Shown: positions 48,308 to 59,173, counted from the first letter of the stretch. The stretch is 64,000 nt of DNA from an uncultured bacterium (GCA_964599375.1 CAZREW010000017.1:3926-67925); one strand, 5' to 3'. Translations and numbers: made by a program. Notes: a model not told the origin generated them from the sequence alone.

Positions 48308-50107
48308 TTAGTGCTCTTCCCGTTCCCGGTCGTCCCGGCCCGGTGTGGCGTCGGCCTCAGGCAGGCGGGGCGATACGAAGAGCGTCTTCGACCTCAGGCA
48401 GGCCGCGGTTCCCGGCTTCGCGCCGCGGGGCCTTCTGACGTATCTTTTCTCGGCGCATATCACAGGCACGGTCCCCGACCCCCTGGCCTTGCTGAACCAG
48501 GCCGCCGTCTCGGCTGCCTTCTCGATCACGCTGGCCGGCGTAGAAGGCCCCGCGCCTCTGAGGACCACGTGCGATCCGGGCGTTCCCTGGGCATGGAACC
48601 AGAGGTCGGAAGGGGCCGCGTAGCGATGGGTCAGCTCGTCGTTCTCCCTGTCGCTGCGCCCGACGAGTATGGTGTGGGCGGCGTCGATACGGAATGACTT
48701 GAAGCGCGGCTTTTCCGCGTCTCCCGCCTTCCCGGGACCCGCTCCACGACCGCCGGCAGGGATGATCATAGCCGCCAACGCGGCCGGGTCGTCGACGGCG
48801 GCGATCTCAGCGATGCCTCTCTCGAGTTCCTCGATGTCCTTCCTGATGCTCGCCCTGCGAGCCTTGATTATCTCGAGGCCCTTGTCGCCCTTCTTCGCCC
48901 TGCGGAAAAGGGCCCGGATATTCCCTTCAGGATCGAGGGCGGGATCGAGCTGTATCTTTACCTCGTCCTCGCCGTTGAAGTCTTTTACGGTGATCTCCCT
49001 CATCCCGGGCTTGAGCCTGTGCCGCCACGTGACGAGCAGGTTGCCCATGTATCGCATCTCGTCGGCTCGCCTGGCCGACTCGAGGTCCTCCTGGACATTG
49101 ACGAGGAGGCGGCGGGTCTTCTTCAGCGCCCGCAGCCGCTGCCTCGCCGCGGCCTTCCTGAGCCACGCGGTGTATACCGGGATGACCTTCTCCCCGGTTC
49201 TCGCGTCGAGGACGGCGGACATCCCCACCGGGCTCCCGGGCCGGGGATCGAACGGGAGCGCGACCGGATACACGGAGCAGATCCCGCGGTCGCCCGCTTC
49301 GGGAAAATCATAGACCTTCCATTCGAAGCCGCCGGTGCGCAGACGCGCTCCGATCTCCGTCAGTGCTTCCGATAGTCCCGCCGGATCTGAGACGAAACGG
49401 GCGGCGAGCGCCTTCGAGAGGACCGGATCGACTCCTCCGACATTACGGACAAGGATAGAGGAGAGATCTTCTTTTTCTTCCCATAGCCTCGTATGCTCCT
49501 CTGCCCCTGCCGGCCCCTGGTGCGGCGCATACGCGGCGGGGTCGAGATCCCATCCCGCGGGCAGGTCGAGAAGCGACCACCTCTTCGGGGGCGGCAGCTG
49601 ACGCGGCGAACCGGGCGGCCGCGTGCCGGGAGCGCCGAAGGTCTCGAGAGCGCGGCCGGCCCCCTCCCTGAAAAGAGCCGCGGCGCGGAAGACCGAGGAA
49701 AGGTCTATCCTCAAGGTGAGCGAGCCCTTCTCGCCCCAGGTCCCCTTTTTCTCGAACCGGATCAGGATCACGCGTTCGAGGCCGAGAGGCTCGACGGAGG
49801 CGACCACCTTTCCGGACAGGTCGCCGAAAGAAGGCCTGCAGACACTCTCGGGCAGGAGACGGTCCTCCGAGAGGATGATCTCCGTTTCCCTCCCGACGCT
49901 GACCAGGTGGAGGAAGCGGCGCCCGACGCCCGAGAAGGCGACAGTCATCCCGCCGGCGAATCCGCATGCCGATTCGACCGCCTTGTCCGCAAGCAGCGGG
50001 GCGAGCTCGAGGCTCAGTGCGTATGCCGTCATTGCGTTCACGGCGGAATCATAAGTGTCGGAGGCGCTTAAGTCAAACCGTACCGCCCGTCTCGAATCTG
50101 TGGACAA
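48308..50107 (-). CDS. rqcH: NFACT-family RNA-binding protein (RqcH/FbpA-like ribosome quality-control factor)
   Basis: NFACT-N at the N-terminus. DUF814/NFACT-R motif ENDELTHRYAAPSDLWFHAQGTPGSHVVL. Confidence 0.75.
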   Translation of the reverse strand: MSTDSRRAVRFDLSASDTYDSAVNAMTAYALSLELAPLLADKAVESACGFAGGMTVAFSGVGRRFLHLVSVGRETEIILSEDRLLPESVCRPSFGDLSGKVVASVEPLGLERVILIRFEKKGTWGEKGSLTLRIDLSSVFRAAALFREGAGRALETFGAPGTRPPGSPRQLPPPKRWSLLDLPAGWDLDPAAYAPHQGPAGAEEHTRLWEEKEDLSSILVRNVGGVDPVLSKALAARFVSDPAGLSEALTEIGARLRTGGFEWKVYDFPEAGDRGICSVYPVALPFDPRPGSPVGMSAVLDARTGEKVIPVYTAWLRKAAARQRLRALKKTRRLLVNVQEDLESARRADEMRYMGNLLVTWRHRLKPGMREITVKDFNGEDEVKIQLDPALDPEGNIRALFRRAKKGDKGLEIIKARRASIRKDIEELERGIAEIAAVDDPAALAAMIIPAGGRGAGPGKAGDAEKPRFKSFRIDAAHTILVGRSDRENDELTHRYAAPSDLWFHAQGTPGSHVVLRGAGPSTPASVIEKAAETAAWFSKARGSGTVPVICAEKRYVRRPRGAKPGTAACLRSKTLFVSPRLPEADATPGRDDREREEH

Positions 50108-50168
50108 GGGAGGCCGATGGCTGTAATATCAAGTCCGGGCGGCTGTTTTCAGCAAAGGAGATGATCAG

Positions 50169-51044
50169 ATGGTGACGAGCATGACCGGGTACGGAAGGGG
50201 CGCCGCGCCGGTCGGCGGCGGGAAGATCGACGTCGAGATAAGGACCGTGAACCACAGGTTCATCGACTTCTCGATCAGGGTCCCGAAACCGCTGAACGGA
50301 TACGAGAGGGATATCGAGAAGGCGGTCAGGCGCAAGGTCAGGCGCGGCCATGTCTACGTGAACGTCATCTTCGACAAGGGCGTCGATTCTTCGGCGTCTG
50401 CGGTGAACAGGGATCTTCTCAGGAAGACCTACAGGGACCTGACCTCGTTCGCGAAGAAGGAAGGGATCCCCGGCGACCTGGAGATAGGCACTCTCCTCCT
50501 GCTGCCTGACATGTTCAGGCCGGAGATCGACACGATCCCTCCCGCCAGGCTCAAAGCCGCACTGAAGAGGGCTCTGGGCGAGGCGGTCGACAGGCTGGCG
50601 GCCATGAGAGACAGGGAGGGGGAGACGCTGAGGGCAGACATGGCCAAAAGGCTCAGGGACATCTCGAAGGTCGCGGCGAGGATCGAGAAGAAAGCCCCGA
50701 AGGCTCTCGAGGAGACGCTGGCGAGGGCGCGCAGGAAGCTCGAGAACCTCCTGGGAAAGGCCGAGGTGCGTGACGACCGCTGGGCGATCGAGGCTGCGGC
50801 GCTGGCGGACAGGACCGATTTTTCCGAGGAACTTGTCAGGCTGGGAAGCCACCTCGTCGAGTTCGGGGCGGTGCTCGACAAGGGGGGCGAGATCTCGAAG
50901 AAGCTCACCTTCCTGCTCCAGGAGATCCACCGGGAAGCGACGACGATGGGGAACAAGTCGGCCGACCCGGTTATCATCCGGGACTGCCTGGCGATAAAGG
51001 AGCAGGTCGAGAAGATCAGGGAGCAGGTCCAGAACCTCGAGTGA
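50169..51044 (+). CDS. yicC: YicC family stress-induced protein
   Basis: MVTSMTGYGRG...VEIRTVNHRF N-terminal domain plus C-terminal DUF1732. Confidence 0.85.
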   Translation: MVTSMTGYGRGAAPVGGGKIDVEIRTVNHRFIDFSIRVPKPLNGYERDIEKAVRRKVRRGHVYVNVIFDKGVDSSASAVNRDLLRKTYRDLTSFAKKEGIPGDLEIGTLLLLPDMFRPEIDTIPPARLKAALKRALGEAVDRLAAMRDREGETLRADMAKRLRDISKVAARIEKKAPKALEETLARARRKLENLLGKAEVRDDRWAIEAAALADRTDFSEELVRLGSHLVEFGAVLDKGGEISKKLTFLLQEIHREATTMGNKSADPVIIRDCLAIKEQVEKIREQVQNLE

Positions 51045-51053
51045 CGGGAAGGC

Positions 51054-51659
51054 ATGTCAGCTGGAGATCCTATCATAATAGTGATATCGGGGCCTTCAGG
51101 GGTCGGCAAGTCCACGGTTGCCCGGAAGGTCCTCGACAGGACGCCCGGGCTGGTCAGGTCGGTCTCGCTGACGACCAGGCTGCCGAGGGCCGGCGATGTC
51201 GACGGAGAGGACTACTTCTTCGTGTCACCGGCTGAATTCGCCGCGAAGCGCGACGGGGGCGGCCTTCTAGAGTGGGCCGAGGTCTATGGCAATCTCTACG
51301 GGACCGAGGCGGACCAGGTCGACCGGCAGCTGGCGCTCGGAAAGAGCGTGCTTCTCGAGATAGATGTCCAGGGAGGCAGAAGCGTCAAGGCAGCGCGCCC
51401 CGAGGCGGTCCTGATATTCATCCTTCCGCCCTCGGACGCGGTCCTCGAGGAAAGGCTCAGGGGAAGGGGCACCGACGAGGAGGCGGTCATCCTCAGAAGG
51501 CTCGAGAACGCGCGCAGGGAGCTTGAATCGGCCGGAGAATATGATTTCAGGGTCGTCAACGATGACCTGGAGAGATGCGTCGGAGAGGTCCTCGGGATAA
51601 TCGAAGCCCAGTCGCGCAGCGGCGCCACCGGCAGGCCTTCCTCTCCTTCAGGCGATTAA
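51054..51659 (+). CDS. gmk: guanylate kinase
   Basis: P-loop VISGPSGVGKST, SVSLTTRLPR and YFFVS motifs. Confidence 0.9.
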   Translation: MSAGDPIIIVISGPSGVGKSTVARKVLDRTPGLVRSVSLTTRLPRAGDVDGEDYFFVSPAEFAAKRDGGGLLEWAEVYGNLYGTEADQVDRQLALGKSVLLEIDVQGGRSVKAARPEAVLIFILPPSDAVLEERLRGRGTDEEAVILRRLENARRELESAGEYDFRVVNDDLERCVGEVLGIIEAQSRSGATGRPSSPSGD

Positions 51660-51816
51660 CTATTGATAATTACCGCGATTTGTATTAATAATATATATTC
51701 CGATAAAATACGGCCGGAGAGGCATCCGCAAGGGCGCCGGCGGCGCACCGGGCGCTGTGTCTCCGCCGCGGAAGGCCGGTAAGGGGATGTTCCGCATAAA
51801 AATGAGAGGTTGATGA

Positions 51817-52023
51817 ATGGAGACCGAATCAATGGAAAAGATCCTGGAAAGAATCGACAACAGATACGAAGCGATAAGGGTGATAGCCAAGGAAGCCCGC
51901 AGGATAAACACGCTCATCAGGCTCTCCGGGGAAGAGTTCGAGGAAAAACCCACCACCATCGCGGTCAGACGCACGATCGACGGGAAAGTGAAATACACGT
52001 ATGGGCAGGAGGAGCAGGAGTAA
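51817..52023 (+). CDS. rpoZ: DNA-directed RNA polymerase subunit omega
   Basis: ILERIDNRYEAIRVIAKEARRIN matches the RpoZ core. The yicC-gmk-rpoZ synteny is conserved. Confidence 0.85.
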   Translation: METESMEKILERIDNRYEAIRVIAKEARRINTLIRLSGEEFEEKPTTIAVRRTIDGKVKYTYGQEEQE

Positions 52024-53242
52024 GGGGGAAGGTGGCCTCGAAGGCAGAAAGATCCTTCTCGTAGTCACCGGAGGAATCTCCGCTTACAAGTCCGCTTTTC
52101 TCGTACGGATGCTCGTGCGCTCTGGCGCGGCCGTCAGGGTGCTGATGACGGAGGCGGCCGCCAGGTTCGTGACTCCGCTTACATTCGAGGTCCTCTCGGG
52201 GAATCCAGTTCCCATGGATATGTGGGTCTCGCGCTCCGAGGCCCCTGTCGAGCACGTCGACCTCGCCACTTGGGCCGACGCCGTCGTCATAGCGCCGGCG
52301 ACGGCAGATTTCATCGCGAAAGTCGCCGGCGGAATCGCCGATGACCTTCCCTCTACGGTCGTATGCGCGTCCCGGTGCCCCGTGTGGCTCGCCCCGGCGA
52401 TGAACGACGGGATGTGGGACAATCCCGCGGTCGCGCGCAATATAGGAATACTGACAGAAGACGGCAGGCGCGTCATCGAACCGGGCGAGGGGGACCTCGC
52501 CTGCGGCACCAGAGGCGCCGGCCGGATGGCCGAGCCCGAAGAGATCGTCTCTCGCCTCGGGGCGTCCTTCGCCCCGGGACCGCTCGCTGGAGTCCGGGTG
52601 CTGGTAACCGCCGGGCGCACCGAAGAGGAGATAGACCCGGCCAGGTACATCTCCAACCGCTCGAGCGGGAGGATGGGATTCGCGCTCGCTCGACGGGCCG
52701 CCGAGCTCGGAGCGCGCGTGACGCTGATCCACGGTCCCGTGGATATAGCGCCACCGGCGGTCGAATCGGTCACGAGGACCGTGAGCGCGGCGGATATGAA
52801 GAGGGCCGTCACCAAGGAGTTTCCCCGGTGCGATGTCCTGATCATGGCTGCCGCGGTAGCCGATTACACACCGGCGAAGAGATCGGGCGAAAAGATCAGG
52901 AGGGAGAAGGGGGCGATGTCGCTCGGCCTCGAGCCGACCGAGGACATCCTCGCCGGGCTAGCCGGCAGGAAAAAGGACGGCCAGGTCGTCGTGGGGTTCG
53001 CCCTCGAGAGCGGAGACGGAGAGGCCTCGGCGAGAAGAAAAGCCAGATCGAAGGGATGCGACTACCTCGTCCTCAACATGATCGGCGACGGGACCGGCTT
53101 CGGCTCAGATACCAACAGCGTCACGGTATTCAAGGGGACAAGAAAGATCGCCGGGACCGGCCTCGTGACGAAACGGGAGGCGGCCTCGGTGATACTTGAC
53201 ATACTGGCAGGAGACAGTCGAGTGAAGAAAGCGGCCGGATGA
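52001..53242 (+). CDS. coaBC: bifunctional phosphopantothenoylcysteine decarboxylase / phosphopantothenate-cysteine ligase
   Basis: Flavoprotein domain ILLVVTGGISAYKS and PAMN. The CoaB ligase domain follows. No canonical start lies downstream of the rpoZ stop, so it overlaps rpoZ by 23 nt. Confidence 0.85.
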   Translation: MGRRSRSKGEGGLEGRKILLVVTGGISAYKSAFLVRMLVRSGAAVRVLMTEAAARFVTPLTFEVLSGNPVPMDMWVSRSEAPVEHVDLATWADAVVIAPATADFIAKVAGGIADDLPSTVVCASRCPVWLAPAMNDGMWDNPAVARNIGILTEDGRRVIEPGEGDLACGTRGAGRMAEPEEIVSRLGASFAPGPLAGVRVLVTAGRTEEEIDPARYISNRSSGRMGFALARRAAELGARVTLIHGPVDIAPPAVESVTRTVSAADMKRAVTKEFPRCDVLIMAAAVADYTPAKRSGEKIRREKGAMSLGLEPTEDILAGLAGRKKDGQVVVGFALESGDGEASARRKARSKGCDYLVLNMIGDGTGFGSDTNSVTVFKGTRKIAGTGLVTKREAASVILDILAGDSRVKKAAG

Positions 53243-53967
53243 AAGACGCGATCAGCTATCTCAGGCGGCGCGGCTCGCTGTCGGGAGGCGTCGTGTTCAC
53301 GATCCCGGCAGAGCCGCCGGCCGAGCAGGCTCCGGCTCCCGCGAGAGACGAGACGGTCGTAAGGACCTCGCCGGTAAAGGGGACTGACGTCCACGATGCC
53401 GGACTCTCCGAGCTCGAGAGGATGGTCTCGGAGTGCACGAGGTGCGTTCTTCACGAGACCAGGAACAGGACTGTCTTCGGGGACGGCGATCCCTCGGCGC
53501 GGATAGTCTTCATCGGCGAGGCGCCCGGACGGGACGAGGACCTGCAGGGCCTGCCGTTTGTCGGCCGGGCCGGCAAACTCCTCGACAGGATGATCGAGGC
53601 GATCGGCTTCTCTCGGAGCAACGTCTACATAGCGAACATCCTCAAGTGCAGGCCTCCTGGCAACAGGGACCCTAGGGAAGACGAGGTCGCCGCCTGCGGG
53701 GATTATCTCGCCCGACAGATAGAGCTTATAGACCCGGTGATTATATGCGCCCTCGGAAGGGTGGCCGGCCAGAATCTACTGGGAAAGGATGCGCCCCTCA
53801 GAGTGCTCAGGACGGGCGAACATCATTACAACGGGATACGGGTCATCGTCACGTACCACCCGGCGGCTCTGCTGAGGAATCCCGCCTGGAAGAAAGGCGC
53901 GTGGGAGGACCTGCAGAAGCTCAGGGCGCTCTATGACGATTTCACGGGCGCGGATACCGGGAAATAG
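53239..53967 (+). CDS. uracil-DNA glycosylase, family 4
   Basis: ATGA overlap. [19 protein letters not shown] and [12 protein letters not shown] motifs (Fe-S UDG). Confidence 0.85.
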   Translation: MKDAISYLRRRGSLSGGVVFTIPAEPPAEQAPAPARDETVVRTSPVKGTDVHDAGLSELERMVSECTRCVLHETRNRTVFGDGDPSARIVFIGEAPGRDEDLQGLPFVGRAGKLLDRMIEAIGFSRSNVYIANILKCRPPGNRDPREDEVAACGDYLARQIELIDPVIICALGRVAGQNLLGKDAPLRVLRTGEHHYNGIRVIVTYHPAALLRNPAWKKGAWEDLQKLRALYDDFTGADTGK

Positions 53968-53997
53968 GTTACGATACGCGAAGCGGAGGGTTACAGT

Positions 53998-55386
53998 ATG
54001 GCCCGGGATATGAAATTCAACTTGGACACCGATCTTATCGAGAAGATGCCGCCGCAGGCCACCGCAGCGGAAAAGGCGGTCCTCGGCGGGATACTCCTCG
54101 AGCCGGAGGCGGCTACGCGCGCCATCGAGGTCGTCCTGCCCGAGGCCTTCTATCTCCCCGCGCACGCGAGGATCTACAGGGCCATGATAGCCCTCTTCTC
54201 GAGACACGAACCGATCGACGTGATGACGCTCTCAGAGGAGATGCGCAAGTCCGGCGACCTTGAATCTGCCGGAGGGATAGCCTATCTCACAGAGCTCGTC
54301 GACAGCGTGCCGAGCGCGGCGAACATCGAGCACTACGCGAAGAACATCCTCGACAAATATATCCTCAGGCAGCTGATCGGCGCGTCGTCCGACATCGCGA
54401 GAGAATGTTACAGGGCTGAGACCGACGCCGGCTCGATCCTCGACGAGGCCGAGCAGAAGATCTTCCGCGTCTCTGAATCGAGGGTCAGCCAGGGATTTCT
54501 TCACATTAAGGAGATCCTCAAGGAGAGATTCGAGGAGATACAGCGCGTGCACGAGACGCGCGAGAGCGTCACCGGCCTCTCGACCGGGTTTATCGATCTC
54601 GACAAGTTCACTGCGGGATTCCATCCTGGCGACATGGTGATCATCGCCGGGAGGCCCTCGATGGGAAAGACGAGCTTCGCGCTGAACATAGCCCAGCACG
54701 TCGGCCTGGACGAGAAGAAGCCGGTCGCGATCTTCAGCCTCGAGATGTCGAAGGAGCTCCTCGTGCAGAGGCTGCTCTGCTCGGAGGCGCAGGTTGACGC
54801 GCAGAAGGTCCGCAGGGGATTTACATCGGCGAAGGATATCGAGAGGCTCACCAACGCGGCCGGGCTTCTGTCCGAGGCGCCGATCTTCATAGACGACACG
54901 CCCGCGATAACGACTCTCGATATCAGGGCGAGGGCGAGGCGCCTGAAGGTCGAGAGGAACATATCGATGATAGTGGTCGACTACCTGCAGCTCGCGCGCA
55001 CCAGCGACAGGGTCGAGAACAGGCAGCAGGAGATCTCGTCGATCTCGAGATCGATGAAGGCGCTTGCCAAGGAGCTCAAAGTCCCGGTGGTCGCCCTGTC
55101 CCAGCTCTCCAGGGCCGTCGAGGCGCGCGGAGGGGACAAGAGGCCGATGCTCTCCGACCTCAGGGAGTCGGGAGCGATCGAGCAGGACGCCGATCTGGTC
55201 CTCTTTCTCTACCGCCCCGAGTTCTACGACCAGGGCGATCCGGAAAAGGAAGGAAAGGCCGAGCTGATAATCGGCAAGCAGAGGAACGGCCCCACGGGCA
55301 CGGTGGACCTGATGTTCGAGAAGCAGTATACGAGGTTCCGCTCGCTCGACACGTCCCATGTCCCTGAGCCGGACGGGGTGTTCTGA
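53998..55386 (+). CDS. dnaB: replicative DNA helicase
   Basis: N-terminal LPPQATAAEKAVLGGIL. Walker A GRPSMGKTSFAL. The H3/H4 motifs through to ...IIGKQRNGPTG. Confidence 0.95.
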   Translation: MARDMKFNLDTDLIEKMPPQATAAEKAVLGGILLEPEAATRAIEVVLPEAFYLPAHARIYRAMIALFSRHEPIDVMTLSEEMRKSGDLESAGGIAYLTELVDSVPSAANIEHYAKNILDKYILRQLIGASSDIARECYRAETDAGSILDEAEQKIFRVSESRVSQGFLHIKEILKERFEEIQRVHETRESVTGLSTGFIDLDKFTAGFHPGDMVIIAGRPSMGKTSFALNIAQHVGLDEKKPVAIFSLEMSKELLVQRLLCSEAQVDAQKVRRGFTSAKDIERLTNAAGLLSEAPIFIDDTPAITTLDIRARARRLKVERNISMIVVDYLQLARTSDRVENRQQEISSISRSMKALAKELKVPVVALSQLSRAVEARGGDKRPMLSDLRESGAIEQDADLVLFLYRPEFYDQGDPEKEGKAELIIGKQRNGPTGTVDLMFEKQYTRFRSLDTSHVPEPDGVF

Positions 55387-55399
55387 CCGGAGGCGCCCT

Positions 55400-56188
55400 T
55401 TGAGGATATTCGCGATACTGGGAAGGTTCTTTCTCGGCTTCATCGAGGAGATCGGCGGCGTATGTATCCTGCTGTGGAGCACCATACGGCTCGCCCCCAG
55501 GATCTTCAGGAACATCGGCAATACTCTCGTGCAGATGGAGAAGATCGGCATCGGCTCGATCCCGCTCGTCCTGGTGACCTCGGTATTCGTGGGCGCGGTA
55601 GCTTCCGTGCAGGCGGCCTACCAGTTCCAGGGATATGTCCCGCTCAAGTTCCTCGGAGCCGTGGTCGGCAAGTCGGTCACGCTCGAGGTCGGCCCGGTGC
55701 TCACCGCGCTCGTCGTCGGCGGACGCGTCAGCGCGGCGATAGCCGCCGAGGTCGGGACCATGAAGGTCACCGAGCAGATCGACGCGATGGAAATGATCGC
55801 GATCGACCCAGTCGAGTACCTCGTCCTGCCGAGGCTCGTGGCAGCAACCCTGATGCTGCCAGTGCTGACGGTGTTCGCCGATTTCCTCGCGATCATCGGC
55901 GGGATGGTTGTCGCCAAGATGGCCGTAGGAATCAGCTTCAGCACATTCGAGGACGGGCTGACTATGCTGTTCAAATATCAGGACCTGGTCGGCGGGCTTC
56001 TCAAGACCTTCGTATTCGGGTTCATAATAGCTTTCATGGGGTGCTATAACGGGTTCAGGACGCAGGGAGGAGCTGAAGGAGTCGGGATGTCGACGATGAA
56101 GGCAGTGGTCTCGTCCTGCCTGCTCATCCTCGTTTCGAACTACCTTCTCGCCTATCTCATATTCAGGGTGATATTCGCTCCCGATTGA
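55400..56188 (+). CDS. mlaE: phospholipid ABC transporter permease MlaE
   Basis: TTG start with GGAGG 7 nt upstream. Multi-TM MlaE/Ttg2B pattern. Confidence 0.85.
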   Translation: MRIFAILGRFFLGFIEEIGGVCILLWSTIRLAPRIFRNIGNTLVQMEKIGIGSIPLVLVTSVFVGAVASVQAAYQFQGYVPLKFLGAVVGKSVTLEVGPVLTALVVGGRVSAAIAAEVGTMKVTEQIDAMEMIAIDPVEYLVLPRLVAATLMLPVLTVFADFLAIIGGMVVAKMAVGISFSTFEDGLTMLFKYQDLVGGLLKTFVFGFIIAFMGCYNGFRTQGGAEGVGMSTMKAVVSSCLLILVSNYLLAYLIFRVIFAPD

Positions 56189-56210
56189 TGTCGGGAGCAT
56201 CGGAGCTGTA

Positions 56211-56981
56211 TTGAACGAGATCTGCGCAGGAGCGATAATCAGTATCAGGGACCTCCACAAGCGGTTCGGCCGGCAGGTGGTGCTCGACGGCGTGGACCTC
56301 GATATCGCTTCGTGCGAATCGCTTGTCATCCTCGGCCGGAGCGGGTGCGGGAAGAGCGTACTCCTGAAGCACATCACCGGGCTCATCAGCCCCGACAGCG
56401 GATCCGTCCTCTTCCAGGGCGAGGACATCACAAGGTTCAACAGGCAAAAGCTTTTTGAAATGAGGGTGCACTTTGGTATGCTTTTCCAGGGCGCGGCCCT
56501 TTTCGACTCGATGACGGTGGGCGAGAACGTCGGCCTGCCTCTGGTCAAGCACGGGCAGAGATCGGACGACGAGATCAGGGAGATCGTGTTGGACAAGCTC
56601 AGGCTCATCGGCCTTACCGATGTGTACGACAGCTATCCCTCGCAGCTCAGCGGGGGGATGAAGAAGAGGGTCGGGCTCGCCAGGGCGATAGTGATGGGGC
56701 CCCAGGTCGTGCTGTATGACGAACCGACCACCGGTCTCGACCCGATAATGGCCGACGTCATCAACAGCCTGATCAGGGATCTTCAGCGCGAGCTCAACAT
56801 AACGTCCGTAATCGTGACCCACGATATCCACAGCGCGAACAGGGTCGCCGACAGGATCACGATGCTGCATGAGGGGAAGATCATATTTTCCGGCACTCCG
56901 CAGGAGACGAGAGAGACGGATAACGAGATAGTGAGACAGTTCATAGAGGGGCGCGCCGAAGGTCCGGTAAAGGCCGTGTAG
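56211..56981 (+). CDS. mlaF: phospholipid ABC transporter ATP-binding protein MlaF
   Basis: Walker A GRSGCGKS, signature LSGGMKKRV, Walker B VLYDEPTTGLD. Confidence 0.9.
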   Translation: MNEICAGAIISIRDLHKRFGRQVVLDGVDLDIASCESLVILGRSGCGKSVLLKHITGLISPDSGSVLFQGEDITRFNRQKLFEMRVHFGMLFQGAALFDSMTVGENVGLPLVKHGQRSDDEIREIVLDKLRLIGLTDVYDSYPSQLSGGMKKRVGLARAIVMGPQVVLYDEPTTGLDPIMADVINSLIRDLQRELNITSVIVTHDIHSANRVADRITMLHEGKIIFSGTPQETRETDNEIVRQFIEGRAEGPVKAV

Positions 56982-57003
56982 AAAGGTATATCAGGAGAGT
57001 CAG

Positions 57004-57897
57004 ATGGAATACAGATCACTCGAGCTGAAAGTCGGATTCACGGTCTTCATCGCTATACTTGCCTTTTCGGTGGGGTTGATGTGGCTCGAGGGGTTCAAGC
57101 GTCACGGCAAGATGTACGAGGTGCACGCGGTCTTCCCGATGGTGGGGGGAGTAAAGTCCGGGGACGCGGTCAACGTCAACGGCGTTGACAGGGGAGAGGT
57201 GACACGGGTCGACCTTCGCGAGCGAGACGTGATCGTCACGATGTCGATAGATGTCGACACGAAGATACCCGAGGACTCGAAGGTGGTCGTGCAGACGCAG
57301 GGGATAATGGGCGACCGGATTGTCACGATCATCGTGGGACAGTCCGAGGTCATGATGGGGCCCGGCTCGATGATAGTAGGCGTATACGACCCGGGCATCT
57401 CCGAAGCGCTGTCCTCGATGGGGAAGGTGATGGAGGACCTGCACTGGCTGACCGCGGATATAAGGGAGATAGCCAAGGTCCTCAGGGGCGAGGGGATCGC
57501 CGAGACGCTGAAGAACCTCGCCGCAGCGAGCGAGCAGATCACCTCCATGATACAGGACCTTTCGCCCGACCTGAAGACCGGCGCCGCCGCCTTCAGCGCT
57601 TCGGCGATCAGGGCCGACTCGATGATGGCGCGCAACGAGGCGAAGTTCGACAGCATCATCGTCCATCTCGACGATGCGTCCAGGAGGCTTCCCGCTCTCG
57701 CGGAGCGCCTCGGGGACCTCAGCGCGGCACTGAAAGGCGTCACGGACAGGCTCAGTAGCACGGACAACACTATGGGGACGCTGCTCAACGACAAAGAGCT
57801 GCTCTACAAGCTCGAGTCGGCCATCACGGGCCTCGACGAGCTTGTCACCGATATAAAGGCAAATCCGAAGAAGTATCTGAAGGTCGAGGTGTTCTAG
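57004..57897 (+). CDS. mlaD: MCE-family substrate-binding protein MlaD
   Basis: N-terminal TM helix plus MCE domain (VKVGFTVFIAIL...FPMVGGVKSGDAVNVNGV). Confidence 0.85.
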   Translation: MEYRSLELKVGFTVFIAILAFSVGLMWLEGFKRHGKMYEVHAVFPMVGGVKSGDAVNVNGVDRGEVTRVDLRERDVIVTMSIDVDTKIPEDSKVVVQTQGIMGDRIVTIIVGQSEVMMGPGSMIVGVYDPGISEALSSMGKVMEDLHWLTADIREIAKVLRGEGIAETLKNLAAASEQITSMIQDLSPDLKTGAAAFSASAIRADSMMARNEAKFDSIIVHLDDASRRLPALAERLGDLSAALKGVTDRLSSTDNTMGTLLNDKELLYKLESAITGLDELVTDIKANPKKYLKVEVF

Positions 57898-57940
57898 GGA
57901 TCGGGCGGCGGGGATAGACCCTGGAAGGAGACATCTGGAG

Positions 57941-58669
57941 ATGAATGATGAGAAGATCGTCTGCCTCGTCGCGGCGGCGGGCAGAGGCAAGAGATTCGGG
58001 CGCGAGATGCCGAAGGCTTTCCACCCTGTCGAGGGCCTTTCACTCCTGGTCAGGTCGCTCAAGAGCCTCAGCGCTTGGGGGGGGATATCACGGTTCGTAG
58101 TGATGGTCCCTGAAGGATGGGAGAAGCAAGCAGAGGAGGACATAGCCGCGAACTTCGACGGCATGGAAGTGGTCGTCAAAGCCGGCGGCGAGACGAGGCA
58201 TGAATCGGTCGCGATAGGTCTCGAGGCCGCCGGCGACGCGGACATGATCCTCGTTCACGACGCAGCGAGGCCGTTCGTCTCGCCGGCGCTGATAGAGCGC
58301 GTAGTGGCCGGCGCAAGGGAGGCAGGAGCAGCGGTGCCAGCCCTTCACATGACCGATACGCTGGGGAGGCTGCGGGGAGAGGAACTCGACGCTATCGTTC
58401 CCAGAGACAAGGTGGTGGGCATCCAGACCCCTCAGGGCTTCAGGACCGACGTCTTGAGGAAGGCCTTCGAGGTGGCTGCGGGCTCGGAGCATAAGGTGAC
58501 CGACGAGAGTTCCCTGGTGCTCGCCGCGGGCATGTCGGTCAAGGTGGTCGACGGCGAGAGATGGAACGTGAAGGTGACGGTGAAGGACGACATAGATATA
58601 GTGACGAGCTTCCTCTCCGGAACGAAACTCGACCTGAGTCTCGATATGGAGAGCCTGGACGAGGCGTGA
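57941..58669 (+). CDS. ispD: 2-C-methyl-D-erythritol 4-phosphate cytidylyltransferase
   Basis: VAAAGRGKRFG P-loop-like motif, VHDAARPF and QTPQGF. Confidence 0.9.
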   Translation: MNDEKIVCLVAAAGRGKRFGREMPKAFHPVEGLSLLVRSLKSLSAWGGISRFVVMVPEGWEKQAEEDIAANFDGMEVVVKAGGETRHESVAIGLEAAGDADMILVHDAARPFVSPALIERVVAGAREAGAAVPALHMTDTLGRLRGEELDAIVPRDKVVGIQTPQGFRTDVLRKAFEVAAGSEHKVTDESSLVLAAGMSVKVVDGERWNVKVTVKDDIDIVTSFLSGTKLDLSLDMESLDEA

Positions 58670-58677
58670 GCGGCGGA

Positions 58678-59157
58678 ATGGAGATGAGAGTAGGCATAGG
58701 GTACGATATACATCCCCTCGTCAGGGGCAGGCCACTCGTGCTGGGCGGGGTCCGCATAGAGCATGAAAAGGGCCTGAGCGGCCACTCTGACGCGGACGCG
58801 CTTGTCCACGCGCTGTGCGACGCGATCCTCGGCGCGATCGGCGCTGGTGATCTCGGCAGGCACTTCCCCGGGACCGACGAGTTCAGGGACATGGACAGCC
58901 TGATAATCCTCGGGAGGGTCGCCGCGATGGCGGCGCAGAAGGGATACAGGATAGTCAACGCGGACTGCATCGTTCATGCGGAGGAGCCGGCGATATCTCC
59001 CCACGCGGCCGCGATGGAATCTGCCATGGCGGCCGCCGCCGGGACCGACCCCGGCAGGATCTCGGTGAAGGCGACGCGAGGCGAGGGGCTTGGGCCGGTA
59101 GGGGAAAAACGCGCCATAGCTGCGCGGGTGGTCATCCTGCTCGAGAAGGCAGACTGA
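58678..59157 (+). CDS. ispF: 2-C-methyl-D-erythritol 2,4-cyclodiphosphate synthase
   Basis: RVGIGYDIH...GHSDADALVHAL...DIDS...HAEEP motifs. The upstream part of the listed ORF 58561 is not part of the gene. Confidence 0.9.
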   Translation: MEMRVGIGYDIHPLVRGRPLVLGGVRIEHEKGLSGHSDADALVHALCDAILGAIGAGDLGRHFPGTDEFRDMDSLIILGRVAAMAAQKGYRIVNADCIVHAEEPAISPHAAAMESAMAAAAGTDPGRISVKATRGEGLGPVGEKRAIAARVVILLEKAD

Positions 59158-59173
59158 AGAAAGGCACGGGGTC